Below, piece by piece: positions 38,198 through 49,568 of a stretch of 64,000 nucleotides of DNA (the stretch's first letter is position 1; each line of letters begins with the position of its first letter). The DNA comes from Acidobacteriota bacterium (lineage in GTDB: Bacteria; Acidobacteriota; UBA6911; RPQK01; DATIPO01). The notes under the pieces were generated by a model, which worked only from the letters and a program-made list of their open reading frames with translations, had not been told where the DNA came from and searched no databases. Where the stretch lies: positions 41,446-105,445 of the forward strand of contig DATIPQ010000098.1 in NCBI GenBank assembly GCA_035471785.1. Reading direction: 5' to 3'. Position numbers and translations under genes: made by a program.

Positions 38198-39640
38198 CTA
38201 CTCCTCGCTTTCATCATCATCTTCGATCCGTACTGGGTCGCCGCTCTCCAGGTTGCGAAGGGCGCGATAGCTGCCGGTCACGATCCTATCACCCTCCTGC
38301 AATCCGGAAAGAACCTCGATTCTGATCTCTCCCGTGATGCCGGTGGCGACGGGAACGAACACGGCTTTGTTCTCTTCGATGCGGAAGACGCCTTCGCGGT
38401 CGATCTTTTTCTTTTCGGACTTGTTGCTCTTAGACGCCGAAGTACTCCCGGCAAGCGAAATGTCTGCATCGCCGTCGCTTCCGGATGCCTCGTCCTTATT
38501 CTCGATTTCCCGCAGCGTCAGGGCTTGAATGGGAATGGTAAGGACGTCGCGGCGCACCGCCGTCGTGATCTCGGCTGTGCAACTGAGCCCCGGCCGCAGG
38601 CTGGCCGGAGGGTCGGTCAACTGCACGATGACTCGAAAGTCCTTGGCCTCTTGACCGCCGCTCTGGATAGCCGAACTCCCGACTTCCGTGACGCGCCCCT
38701 CGAGAGGCGCGTCAGGGAGCGCGTCGACCAGGACCTCGGCGGTTTGGCCCAGCTCGACGTTGACGATGTCGGTTTCGTCCACCTCCACCTCGGCCTCGAT
38801 CACCGACAGGTCAGCGATCACCATCAGTGTAGCGGCGGGATTGTTGAGCGTGCCGGGAACAGCCCGCTCGCCGATCTCGACGTTCATTTGGGTGATGACA
38901 CCGCTCAGCGGAGAGCGGATGGTGGTCTTGGAGAATTCGTCCTGCTGACGTTCCAAATTGGCCTTGCTCTGGCGGACCCGTTTGAGGGCATTCTGGTAGC
39001 GGACTCTCTCTTGTTCCAGTGCCAGCTTGCTGACATTGAGCTGGGCCTTTGCCTGACCCAGCGAGAGTTCAGCCGAAGTAAGGGCCGTCTCGGCGTTGAC
39101 CAGCTCGTTCTTGGCCTGGTCGTAGATCTCGCGCGAAATCAGCCTGTCCTCGTGCATCTGCTGCTTGCGCTGAAAAGCCCTCTGAGCGATATCGTAGGCC
39201 TGACGAGCCCTCTCCGCCTCAGCTTCGGCCTTGCGGACGCCGGCTTCGTCGCGTTCCACCATGCTTTCCTGGACGCGCACCTGAGCCTGCTGATTCTCGG
39301 AGTCGGCCTCGGCTATCTCATAGCTGGCCTGCTCGGCCACGGTAGCCAGTTCCAACTGCTTGGGATTGATTTTGAGCAGCAGGTCGCCCTTGGCCACCCG
39401 GTCTCCTTCTCTGACGTAGAGCGCCGTGATAATGCCGGTGATCTCGGATTGCAGTTCGACGTACTCTTTAGGGCGAATCTCTCCGGTGGCCGTTACCTTG
39501 GCGACCAGCTCTTCGCTCCGCTCCACAACTTCGCTCTCGACCCGAACGCCTTCTCCGCGGTCCGCCGTGAGGTAATAGATGATGCCCGCAGCCCAAACCA
39601 GGGCCACGACGGCCACCAACAAGAAGATCAGTTTCTTCAT
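38198..39640 (-). CDS. Efflux transporter periplasmic adaptor subunit (HlyD/MacA-like)
   Basis: N-terminal TM anchor, long coiled-coil region, and beta-barrel C-terminus. Confidence 0.8.
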   Translation of the reverse strand: MKKLIFLLVAVVALVWAAGIIYYLTADRGEGVRVESEVVERSEELVAKVTATGEIRPKEYVELQSEITGIITALYVREGDRVAKGDLLLKINPKQLELATVAEQASYEIAEADSENQQAQVRVQESMVERDEAGVRKAEAEAERARQAYDIAQRAFQRKQQMHEDRLISREIYDQAKNELVNAETALTSAELSLGQAKAQLNVSKLALEQERVRYQNALKRVRQSKANLERQQDEFSKTTIRSPLSGVITQMNVEIGERAVPGTLNNPAATLMVIADLSVIEAEVEVDETDIVNVELGQTAEVLVDALPDAPLEGRVTEVGSSAIQSGGQEAKDFRVIVQLTDPPASLRPGLSCTAEITTAVRRDVLTIPIQALTLREIENKDEASGSDGDADISLAGSTSASKSNKSEKKKIDREGVFRIEENKAVFVPVATGITGEIRIEVLSGLQEGDRIVTGSYRALRNLESGDPVRIEDDDESEE

Positions 39641-39832
39641 CTAACTTCCCTGTCCTATTTTCATGGCCGCGGTCCCGGTCCTCCTCCCGGCCTGATAGTC
39701 CCAGTCATTGTGACGCCAGCCAGGCCCCGCGGCAACCACTCGATTCAAAATACCTTAACTCTAATCACATCCCTACGTACCGGACGCGCCTTCCATTCGC
39801 TTCCCGTTTGCAAGAGTTGCTATGCTTGCCTC

Positions 39833-41053
39833 ATGCTGTTGTCCTTCCCAGAAGCGCTCGACCGACTGCTGGCAGCCGTACCGTCACCGAAGGCGGCCCG
39901 GATGGACCTGACGGATGTCTGCGGAAGAGCCTTGGCTGAGGACATCCGCGCCGACCACGACGTGCCTCCCTTCGACAAATCGTTCATGGACGGCTATGCC
40001 CTGCGCAGCGCCGATCTCGACTCGCTGCCGCGCCGTTTGCAGGTGATCGGAACCAGGGCAGCCGGCAAGGTGGAGAAAGAACTCGAAATCGAATCGGGGC
40101 AAGCCGTCCAGATCATGACCGGCGCCCCTTTGGTGAAAGGAGCCGACGCCGTCCAAATGGTCGAAAAGACGCGCCGCATCTCGTCTTCAGAGGTGGAGAT
40201 CGAAGAAGCGGTAGCGGCAGGGCTCAACGTAGGACCGCAGGGAAGCGAAGTGCGCCGGGGCCAAGTGGTCCTCAAAGCCGGGAGGCGCCTGGGGCCAGCC
40301 GAAATCGCCGTCTTGGCGACCTTCGGGGTCAGCCGGCCCAGCGTTTACCGTCCGCCGGAAGTCGCCATCTTCACCACCGGAGACGAGCTGGTGCCAGTCG
40401 AGTCGCGGCTTGAGCCGGGACAGATCCGCAACTCCAACCTCTGGATGCTGGCGGCGCAGTGCGCCCGCATGGGATTGCAGCCTTCCTTGCAAGAGGTGGT
40501 CGGGGATACTCCAGCAGAAGTGGAGGCGGCCTTCCATCGGGCCCTCGACTTTGACGTCGCCATCTTCTCGGGAGGGGTCTCCGCCGGGGAATTCGACTTT
40601 GTCCACCAGGTGTTGGGCCAAACGGGCATGGAAGTGCTCTTTCACAAGGTCGCCATCAAGCCCGGCAAACCCTTCCTGGCAGCTCGCCATCCCCGCGGCA
40701 ATATGATTTTCGGTCTGCCCGGCAATCCGGTGTCGGCCTTCGTCACCTTCGAGGTCTTAGTCCGCCCGGCCCTGGCCAGGTGGATGGGGCTGGCGTCAGC
40801 CCAACTGCCGGCAATCCGGGGCAGGTTGACCGAGGAGGTTGCCCAAGCTCCCGGTCGTCTCTTCTTCAAGCCCGCCCGAACCCGCCGGCAGGACGGAAAA
40901 TGGATGATCGAGCCCATCGAGACGCGCGGTTCGGCTGACATCACCGCCTTTTCCTGCGCCGACTCGCTGCTCTTGATTCCGCCCGCCACCGAGCACATCC
41001 CCGAACACGGGCAGGCTGAAGTTTGGCTGCTTCCCGACCACGCGGGGAATTGA
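39833..41053 (+). CDS. moeA: Molybdopterin molybdotransferase
   Basis: MLLSFPEALDRLL...GGVSAGEFD...GLPGNPVSA. The real start is ATG 39833. The 436-aa upstream part of the 842-aa track ORF is antisense to the adaptor gene. Confidence 0.85.
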   Translation: MLLSFPEALDRLLAAVPSPKAARMDLTDVCGRALAEDIRADHDVPPFDKSFMDGYALRSADLDSLPRRLQVIGTRAAGKVEKELEIESGQAVQIMTGAPLVKGADAVQMVEKTRRISSSEVEIEEAVAAGLNVGPQGSEVRRGQVVLKAGRRLGPAEIAVLATFGVSRPSVYRPPEVAIFTTGDELVPVESRLEPGQIRNSNLWMLAAQCARMGLQPSLQEVVGDTPAEVEAAFHRALDFDVAIFSGGVSAGEFDFVHQVLGQTGMEVLFHKVAIKPGKPFLAARHPRGNMIFGLPGNPVSAFVTFEVLVRPALARWMGLASAQLPAIRGRLTEEVAQAPGRLFFKPARTRRQDGKWMIEPIETRGSADITAFSCADSLLLIPPATEHIPEHGQAEVWLLPDHAGN

Positions 41054-41062
41054 GGTGATCGC

Positions 41063-41533
41063 ATGAGTTCGTTCAGCCACATCGATGAGGAAGGCCGGGC
41101 CCGCATGGTCGACATCAGCCGCAAGCCACGCATGGCTCGGACGGCGGTAGCCGAGGGGTTCCTGCATATCCAGCCGGAAACCGCAGAGCAGATTCGTAGC
41201 CGCCGGCTGCCCAAGGGCGATCCCTTCGAAGTGGCCCGCATCGCCGGCATCCAGGCCGCCAAGAGGACCAGCAGCCTGATACCGCTCTGCCATGACCTCC
41301 ATCTCGATTTTGCCGACGTCGAGATCGAGTTGCTGGAACGGTCCTGGAAGATCCGCTCCACCGTTTCCTGCCGACGTGGGACTGGCGTGGAAATGGAGGC
41401 CTTGACCGCCGTGACCGTGGCAGCGCTGACCCTCTACGACATGTGCAAAGCCGTGGACAAGGATATGCGCATCGGGGAGATACGCCTCATCGAGAAGCGG
41501 AAGGAACCGTTGAAGGACGAGGCCGGCTCTTGA
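41063..41533 (+). CDS. moaC: Cyclic pyranopterin monophosphate synthase
   Basis: SHIDEEGRARMVDIS...LIPLCH matches MoaC. Confidence 0.9.
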   Translation: MSSFSHIDEEGRARMVDISRKPRMARTAVAEGFLHIQPETAEQIRSRRLPKGDPFEVARIAGIQAAKRTSSLIPLCHDLHLDFADVEIELLERSWKIRSTVSCRRGTGVEMEALTAVTVAALTLYDMCKAVDKDMRIGEIRLIEKRKEPLKDEAGS

Positions 41534-42887
41534 CCCACTTCCACAGATCAAAAACCAGCAACGTGTAAAAGGGGAAGTACTCCAGCCACAGAACCCAAGC
41601 CCGCTCTTCCACCTGAGGATAGGCAAACCAGTATCCGCTGTAGCTCAAGAAGGACGCCGCCCCGAGCCACAGCCCAGCCCAGTAGCGCAGACCGATCAGC
41701 GGATAAAGCGCGATGGCCCAGGTGGTATACCAGGGGTGAACGGTGTAGGAGCAGGCGTAGAAGAACATGAGCAGGAAGTAGAGGGCGGAAGCCGTTTGCA
41801 CTGTTCCGGCTCGGCTGCCGTCCCCTCGCCTGGCAAGGAAGAAGGCATAGGCCAGCAGGACCGCCCAGGCGAGAGCGAAGATCCTCCCGGCCATAGCCAG
41901 GACCTCCGGCCGGCGCGCTTCGTAAATCAAGAAGAAGGGGGAGTTGAAGCGCCACTTCTGGTGATAGGTGCGGGACACTTCCAGAAAAGCGCCCCACGAC
42001 TCGGCCAGATCTCCCTGCCAGGCGAAGTAGAGACCCGCCGGAAGCGCGAAACCGCCGGCCAGCCAAAGCAAAGAACGGATGGAGGCTCTCCAGCCCTTCA
42101 TTCTCAGCCAGAAGAAGGGCGCCGTCATCAGCGGCATCAGCTTGGTCAGCGAAGCCATCCCCAAGAGCAAGGGGGAAAGGGCGGCCCGCCATCCCCCTCG
42201 GTCGGGGGCCGCAGCCGGCAGCCACAGGATTGCGCCTACCCACATCGCGGCCGTCACCAGATCGAGGTGGCCCGAGGAATAGAATTCCAGCAGCACCAGC
42301 GGATTGAGCAGCCAAAGCGCCCAGTCCTGGGCCCGCCTGAAACCGGCTTTCCACCACAGTGCCGCCATCATTGCCTCGAAGAGCAAGAGGAGACACTTCC
42401 ATCCGATCACAGAGGGTCCCCACAAGAGGTGGTTGAGGAGAAAGAGGAACTGGGCCACCGGGGGGTAGATGGAGGTGCGGTCGGTATGGGCCATGCGCTG
42501 GTAGAGATCGGGATAGCGGGATTGGAAATCGAGGCGCTCTTGAGGCGCCCGCAGATAGGGATTCTCGCCGTGAGCGGTCAAGGCTCCGTCCCACAGGTAG
42601 CGGTAGACGTCCTCTGAGAGGCCGGGAGAGGCGGGGATCCAGAGCGCGCGCAGCAGCAGCGCCGTGACCAGCAGCCAAGGCAGAGTCAGCCGTCCGCGGC
42701 GCAACAGCAGCCAGGCTGCCGCGGCCAGCAGGTAAAAGACTGCCAGGCCGCCCAGGAACCAGGGAAGCTGCGGCCGGAAGGGCCACAGCGTCATCAGTCC
42801 CGCCTGCAGCGCCATCAGCGCCAGCGTCAACACCACCCCAAGCATCGCCTTGATTGTAAGCCACCCGCCATTTGCCGTCTGGACCAT
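41487..42887 (-). CDS. GT87/DUF2029-family membrane glycosyltransferase (PimE-like)
   Basis: Polytopic membrane protein with DVYRYLWDG...GENPY loop motif. Internal ATG 42887 is used. Confidence 0.6.
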   Translation of the reverse strand: MVQTANGGWLTIKAMLGVVLTLALMALQAGLMTLWPFRPQLPWFLGGLAVFYLLAAAAWLLLRRGRLTLPWLLVTALLLRALWIPASPGLSEDVYRYLWDGALTAHGENPYLRAPQERLDFQSRYPDLYQRMAHTDRTSIYPPVAQFLFLLNHLLWGPSVIGWKCLLLLFEAMMAALWWKAGFRRAQDWALWLLNPLVLLEFYSSGHLDLVTAAMWVGAILWLPAAAPDRGGWRAALSPLLLGMASLTKLMPLMTAPFFWLRMKGWRASIRSLLWLAGGFALPAGLYFAWQGDLAESWGAFLEVSRTYHQKWRFNSPFFLIYEARRPEVLAMAGRIFALAWAVLLAYAFFLARRGDGSRAGTVQTASALYFLLMFFYACSYTVHPWYTTWAIALYPLIGLRYWAGLWLGAASFLSYSGYWFAYPQVEERAWVLWLEYFPFYTLLVFDLWKWVKSRPRPSTVPSASR

Positions 42888-42945
42888 GGCGGGCACACCC
42901 TCCGCTTCTCCCCGATGAGGGCGGGCCCTTGCTATACTGGAAAGC

Positions 42946-43965
42946 GTGAAACGCCTACATTTCTTTTTGGCCGCGGTCCTCTGGATGGGTTCTTTTCCGC
43001 TGGCCCAGGATGAACCCGAGCAGCAGACCCAGGAGCCGATTCCCGCGGACCAGGGATTCCGCATCGACGTACGGGTGGACCAAGTCTTTCTGGCCGTCAG
43101 CGCCCGTGCCCACGGAGGAGGCTTCGTCGACGACCTGACGGCTGAGGATGTGAGGATTTACGAAGACGGGGTCGAGCAGGAGATCCGCAACTTCGCCCAA
43201 GAACTCGCGCCGGCCCACGTGGCGTTGCTGATCGATGCCAGCGGCTCAACCCGCTTCAGCCAGAGTTCCATCCAGCGCGCGGCCTACAATTTCGCTTCCA
43301 AGCTGGGCGAAGAGGACCGTGTGGCGATCATCACTTTCAGCTCTCAGGTCAAGCTGATCCAAAACTGGACGAATGATCTCGAGGAGTTGGACTATAGCCT
43401 GAAATCGATTTGGCCCAAAGGGCTGACCTTGCTTCACGACGCCATCTATCTGACTTTCGATGACCTCTTTAAAGACGTGGAGGGCAAGAAGGCCATCATC
43501 CTCCTGACCGATGGAGTCGACAGCAACAGCTACTACCGTCAGGAAGAGGTGCTGCGACTGGCCCAGTCTTCGGAGGCCTCTGTTTACGTCGTTTCGCTCC
43601 TGGATGAATACCGGCAACAGGCCATCGGGGCCCGGGCGCAGGCGCTGGCCCAGCATCGCACGGTGCCGCTCGAATTTACCGATGCCTACATCCGAAAGTC
43701 AGAAGCCTTCCTGCGCAAGCTGGCCCATGACACCGGCGCCCGCATGTTCAGCGCGGCCGCCGCCACCTACCTGAGCGAAATCTACGAAGAGGTGGCGGAG
43801 GAGATCAAGAACCTCTACTTCATTTCCTACATCCCCAGCAACAGCGCCAAAGACGGGACCTGGCGGCGCATTGAAATCGAGTCTCCGACCAAACCTGGAG
43901 TGACTCTGCGCACCCGCCCGGGGTATTATGCGGATCCGCCGGAAGTAACCACCGGGAGCCGCTGA
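42946..43965 (+). CDS. Secreted VWA domain-containing protein (Acidobacteria-type VWFA family)
   Basis: GTG start. Signal peptide and ALLIDASGS MIDAS motif. Confidence 0.75.
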   Translation: MKRLHFFLAAVLWMGSFPLAQDEPEQQTQEPIPADQGFRIDVRVDQVFLAVSARAHGGGFVDDLTAEDVRIYEDGVEQEIRNFAQELAPAHVALLIDASGSTRFSQSSIQRAAYNFASKLGEEDRVAIITFSSQVKLIQNWTNDLEELDYSLKSIWPKGLTLLHDAIYLTFDDLFKDVEGKKAIILLTDGVDSNSYYRQEEVLRLAQSSEASVYVVSLLDEYRQQAIGARAQALAQHRTVPLEFTDAYIRKSEAFLRKLAHDTGARMFSAAAATYLSEIYEEVAEEIKNLYFISYIPSNSAKDGTWRRIEIESPTKPGVTLRTRPGYYADPPEVTTGSR

Positions 43966-44030
43966 GAACGCGCCTTGCGGCGCTTTCGTCGAGACACGCG
44001 GGCGTCCCCGGACAAGCCTCGATTTTGAGG

Positions 44031-44059
44031 TTGACAGCACTCCGTTCCATTGTTACATT
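44031..44059 (+). promoter_or_regulatory. Candidate sigma70 promoter (TTGACA-17-TACATT) for rrf2-suf
   Basis: Perfect -35 at 44031..44036. 4/6 -10 at 44054..44059. Confidence 0.3.
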
Positions 44060-44066
44060 AGGCAAC

Positions 44067-44085
44067 TAGGACCAATTGGGTCCTA
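44067..44085 (+). promoter_or_regulatory. Palindromic operator-like site TAGGACC-AATTG-GGTCCTA (extra TAGGACC half-site at 44103..44109)
   Basis: 7-bp inverted repeats immediately downstream of the -10. It lies upstream of the Rrf2 regulator gene, consistent with autoregulation. Confidence 0.4.
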
Positions 44086-44153
44086 TTTTTTAGGCGCTCT
44101 AATAGGACCGGAACAGTACGATTTCGCGTCCGCATTCCGGAGCAGAAGAATCG

Positions 44154-44603
44154 ATGTTGAAGGTAAGCAAGCAGACCGATTACGGCATTCTCCTTTTGAC
44201 GGCCATTGTCAACGCCGATGACGAGGGGACCTTGAGCGCGAGGGAATTGTCGGAGATGACCCATCTTCCTTTGCCGATGGTGGGCAAGATCCTCAAAGTC
44301 CTGACGCGCGAGGAGGTGCTGGTTTCCCAACGGGGAGCCAAGGGGGGCTACAGCCTGGCGCGGCCGGCTGACGAGATCACCCTCATCGACTTGGTGCGGG
44401 CCATTGAAGGACCTGTGGCCATCACCGAATGCATCGAAACCCCCGGGGAGTGCCGTCACGAGAACAATTGCCCGGTTCAAGTCAATTGGCTGAATATCAA
44501 CAGGCTTATTCGCCAAGCCTTGAAGGGCATTACCTTGCTGGACATGACCCGTCCGCAGCAATTGCACCAGATAGCGGACCGACCGGTCCAGCTCTCGTCA
44601 TAG
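44154..44603 (+). CDS. Rrf2-family transcriptional regulator (IscR/SufR-like, three Cys)
   Basis: HTH LSARELSEMTHLPLPMVGKILKVL. CIETPGECRHENNC cluster-ligand region. Confidence 0.85.
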   Translation: MLKVSKQTDYGILLLTAIVNADDEGTLSARELSEMTHLPLPMVGKILKVLTREEVLVSQRGAKGGYSLARPADEITLIDLVRAIEGPVAITECIETPGECRHENNCPVQVNWLNINRLIRQALKGITLLDMTRPQQLHQIADRPVQLSS

Positions 44604-44642
44604 ATTTTGCAGAAACGAAAAGAGTAGAGATAAGGAGACACG

Positions 44643-46097
<1,455 letters not shown>

Positions 46098-46161
46098 GGC
46101 CTCCCTTCGAATTGACAATGCATCGATGTCCATAGATCAGGAATCTGGAGAAATAGAGAAA

Positions 46162-46923
46162 ATGCTGGAAATCAAGAACTTGAGAGTGTCGGTCGAGGGC
46201 AAAGAGATCCTCAAAGGCGTCAACCTGAAGATGAATGAGGGCGAGATCCACTCCATCATGGGTCCCAACGGCTCGGGCAAAAGCACCCTGGCCAACGTCC
46301 TGGCCGGCCGCGAAGAGTACGAGGTCACCGATGGGCAGGTCTTTTACTTCGGTCAGGACCTGTTGGAGATGGACCCTGAGGAACGGGCTTGCGAAGGCAT
46401 CTTTCTGGCCTTCCAGTACCCCGTCGCCCTGCCCGGCATCAGCAATACCTATTTTTTGCGCGCCGCCCTCAACGCCAAGCTGAAGTACCACGGCCAAGAT
46501 GAAATCGACGCCATGGAGTTCCTCAAACTGGTGCGCAGCAAGATGAAGCTGCTCAAGATGGACGACACTCTTATGAACCGTCCTGTCAACGACGGTTTCT
46601 CGGGAGGCGAAAAGAAGCGCAACGAGATCTTTCAGATGTCGGTCCTGGAACCCAAGCTGGCCATTCTCGACGAAACCGACTCGGGCCTTGATATCGACGC
46701 CCTCAAGGTGGTGGCCGAAGGAGTCAATTCGTTGCGCGATCCCAAGCGGTCTTTTCTGGTGGTGACCCACTACCAGCGACTGCTCAACTACATCGTCCCC
46801 GACTACGTGCACGTCCTCGTGGACGGCCGCATCGCCAAGTCCGGAGACAAGCAACTGGCCATCGAGCTGGAGGAGAAGGGTTACTCCTGGCTGGAAGAGA
46901 AAACCGCAGCGGTTTCGGCCTGA
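46162..46923 (+). CDS. sufC: Fe-S cluster assembly ATPase SufC
   Basis: MLEIKNLRVSVEGKEILKG...GPNGSGKST. Confidence 0.9.
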   Translation: MLEIKNLRVSVEGKEILKGVNLKMNEGEIHSIMGPNGSGKSTLANVLAGREEYEVTDGQVFYFGQDLLEMDPEERACEGIFLAFQYPVALPGISNTYFLRAALNAKLKYHGQDEIDAMEFLKLVRSKMKLLKMDDTLMNRPVNDGFSGGEKKRNEIFQMSVLEPKLAILDETDSGLDIDALKVVAEGVNSLRDPKRSFLVVTHYQRLLNYIVPDYVHVLVDGRIAKSGDKQLAIELEEKGYSWLEEKTAAVSA

Positions 46924-46960
46924 AGGGACTAACCGGACACTTCACGAGAGAGGACTGACG

Positions 46961-48301
46961 ATGTTGGAAGCAGTAAAAAGAGAGATCGACAGTTACCGCG
47001 AGCAGTTCGCGGCCTTAGAGAGGGAGTCGGGCGATGCCGGCCCCATCCAGTTGCGCTCGTTGCGCAAAGAAGCCTTCAATTACTTTTGCGACAAAGGTTT
47101 CCCGACCACGCGCGACGAGGACTGGAAGTACACCAACCTGAATCCGCTCACCCGGACGGAATTCGGCCTCCAGCAGGCCGATCCGCTGCAGGCCTCGGAG
47201 CTCAGCCGCATCCCCTTTGGAGACCTGCAATGCCCCCGGCTGACCTTTGTCAACGGGCATTTCAGCCAGGACTTGTCGACCCTGGATCAAATGCCCCAGG
47301 GCGTGACCGTCAAGACGCTGTCGCGGGCCCTTGAAGAGGACGCCGACTGGCTGGAAGAGCACCTTGGGCGTCACGCCCAATACCAGGACAAGCCGTTTAC
47401 GGCACTCAACCTGGCTTTCTTGCGCCAGGGCGCCTTCATCAAAGTAGCGCCCAACACGGTGGTGGAAAAGCCGGTGCAGGTGCTATACGTCACCACCGGG
47501 AAGGCCCAGGACGGCGCCTGCCATCCCCATAACCTGGTCCTGGTGGGCGAGAACAGTCAGTTCAAGCTGGTGGAGAACTACAGCGCCCTGGGCCAGGTCC
47601 GCTATTTCAACAACGTGGTCAGCGAAGTGGTGGTGGGCGACAATTCGGTAGTCGACCATTTCAAGATCGATCTTGAGAGCCTGCAGGCCTTTCACGTCAA
47701 CCGCACCGCGGTCTACCAGGGACGCAGCAGCAACTACCGCAACTTTTTCGTGGCCTTCGGCGGGGCCATCGTCCGCAACGACATCAACACCGTGCTCGAC
47801 GGAGAAGGTTCGCATTGCGGCTTGGACGGGCTTTTCGTGACTCGCGAGAGGCAATTGGTGGACAGTTTCACGGTGATGGAGCATGCTCAGCCCAATTGCG
47901 ACAGCCGCGAGGTTTACAAAGGCATTCTTGACGACAGTTCGCGAGGGGTCTTTCACGGACGCATCATCGTTCGTCAGAAAGCGCAGAAAACCGACTCCAA
48001 ACAGAGCAGCGACAATCTGCTCATCTCCGACAACGCCTTGGTCAACACCAAGCCGCAGTTGGAGATTTACGCCGACGACGTGAAGTGCACCCATGGGGCC
48101 ACCATCGGGCAATTGGACGACGAGGGGCTCTTCTACCTGCGTTCCCGCGGGATTCCCGAAGAAGCGGCCCGCGGTTTGATGATCTACGCCTTTGCCAGCG
48201 AGGTGATCAGCCGCGTCACCTACAAGCCCTTGCGTGAGCGTCTGCATGATTACATGGCCGACTGGCTGCCCAACGGCGATCTGGTGAGGGAGGCCGAGTA
48301 A
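46961..48301 (+). CDS. sufD: Fe-S cluster assembly protein SufD
   Basis: SufBD-family C-terminal beta-helix motifs. Confidence 0.85.
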   Translation: MLEAVKREIDSYREQFAALERESGDAGPIQLRSLRKEAFNYFCDKGFPTTRDEDWKYTNLNPLTRTEFGLQQADPLQASELSRIPFGDLQCPRLTFVNGHFSQDLSTLDQMPQGVTVKTLSRALEEDADWLEEHLGRHAQYQDKPFTALNLAFLRQGAFIKVAPNTVVEKPVQVLYVTTGKAQDGACHPHNLVLVGENSQFKLVENYSALGQVRYFNNVVSEVVVGDNSVVDHFKIDLESLQAFHVNRTAVYQGRSSNYRNFFVAFGGAIVRNDINTVLDGEGSHCGLDGLFVTRERQLVDSFTVMEHAQPNCDSREVYKGILDDSSRGVFHGRIIVRQKAQKTDSKQSSDNLLISDNALVNTKPQLEIYADDVKCTHGATIGQLDDEGLFYLRSRGIPEEAARGLMIYAFASEVISRVTYKPLRERLHDYMADWLPNGDLVREAE

Positions 48302-48305
48302 GACA

Positions 48306-49568
48306 ATGAGCGCCATCGGTACTTCCGCTGCCCAGCCCCAATCATTTCCTCAGGCCTACGATGTCGAGAACATCCGGCGCGACTTCCCCATCCTTCATCA
48401 GGAGGTGAACGGCCATCCCTTGGTCTATCTCGACAACGCAGCCTCGACACAAAAGCCGCGGGCCGTCATCGAGGCGGTGGAGGAATACTATCGGCGCGAT
48501 AACGCCAATATTCACCGAGGGGTGCATGAGCTGAGCCAGCGCGCCACCGATGCTTACGAAAAAGCGCGGAGCACGGTCCAACGATATCTGAATGCGGCCG
48601 AAAGCCGCGAGATCATTTTCGTGAGGGGTGCGACCGAGGGCATCAACCTGGTGGCGCATTGCTTGGGCCGCTCTCTGGGCGAGGGCGACGAGATCATCAT
48701 CTCGCACCTGGAACACCATTCCAACATCGTGCCCTGGCAGATGCTGGCCCAGCGCAGCGGAGCCAGCCTGCGGGTGATACCCATCAACGACGCCGGGGAG
48801 GTCGAGGTCGAGGCCTATGCCGAGTTGCTCAACGAGCGGACGCGCCTGGTGGCGCTTTCCCACGTCTCCAACGCGCTGGGGACCATTTCGCCGGTCAAGC
48901 AGATGATCCGCATGGCTCACGAGCAGGGTGCCCTGGCGCTGATCGACGGCGCTCAGGCCGTCCAGCACCTGGAAGTCGACGTGGGCGATCTGGACGCCGA
49001 CTTCTACGTCTTTTCAGGGCACAAGATCTATGCGCCCACCGGTATCGGCGCTCTCTACGGCAAGGCCGAACTGCTGGAAGACCTGCCGCCTTACCAGGGC
49101 GGCGGCGACATGATTCTCTCGGTCAGTTTCGAGGGCACCACCTACAACGAGATTCCTCACAAGTTCGAAGCCGGCACGCCCAACATCGCCGGGGCCATCG
49201 GGCTGGGCGCGGCTCTGCGCTATCTGAACGAGGCGGGTGTCGGACGCATCGCCGCCTATGAGGCCGAACTGCTCGCTTACACCACCCGGCAGGCCCGGCA
49301 GATTCCGGGCTTGAAGGCGGTCGGCACGGCCTCCAGCAAGTCGAGCGTGTTCTCATTCCTGCTCGATAACGCCCACCCCCACGACATCGGCACGATTCTC
49401 GACCAGAACGGGATCGCCATCCGCACCGGACATCATTGCGCCCAGCCTGTCATGGAGCGTTTCGGCATCCCCGCCACCGCCCGTATCTCGCTGGGGATGT
49501 ACAATACCCGCGAAGAGATCGACAAAGCCTTGCAGGCGGTGAGAAGAGTGCAGGAGATTTTCAATTGA
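48306..49568 (+). CDS. sufS: Cysteine desulfurase SufS
   Basis: FSGHKIYAPTGIGALYG PLP-lysine region. RTGHHCAQP active-site Cys loop. Confidence 0.9.
   Translation: MSAIGTSAAQPQSFPQAYDVENIRRDFPILHQEVNGHPLVYLDNAASTQKPRAVIEAVEEYYRRDNANIHRGVHELSQRATDAYEKARSTVQRYLNAAESREIIFVRGATEGINLVAHCLGRSLGEGDEIIISHLEHHSNIVPWQMLAQRSGASLRVIPINDAGEVEVEAYAELLNERTRLVALSHVSNALGTISPVKQMIRMAHEQGALALIDGAQAVQHLEVDVGDLDADFYVFSGHKIYAPTGIGALYGKAELLEDLPPYQGGGDMILSVSFEGTTYNEIPHKFEAGTPNIAGAIGLGAALRYLNEAGVGRIAAYEAELLAYTTRQARQIPGLKAVGTASSKSSVFSFLLDNAHPHDIGTILDQNGIAIRTGHHCAQPVMERFGIPATARISLGMYNTREEIDKALQAVRRVQEIFN

Noticed and set aside
38525-39832. N-terminal 436 aa of the 842-aa plus-strand ORF
   Set aside because: It is antisense to the HlyD adaptor gene. 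Real moeA begins at ATG 39833 with canonical MoeA N-terminus.
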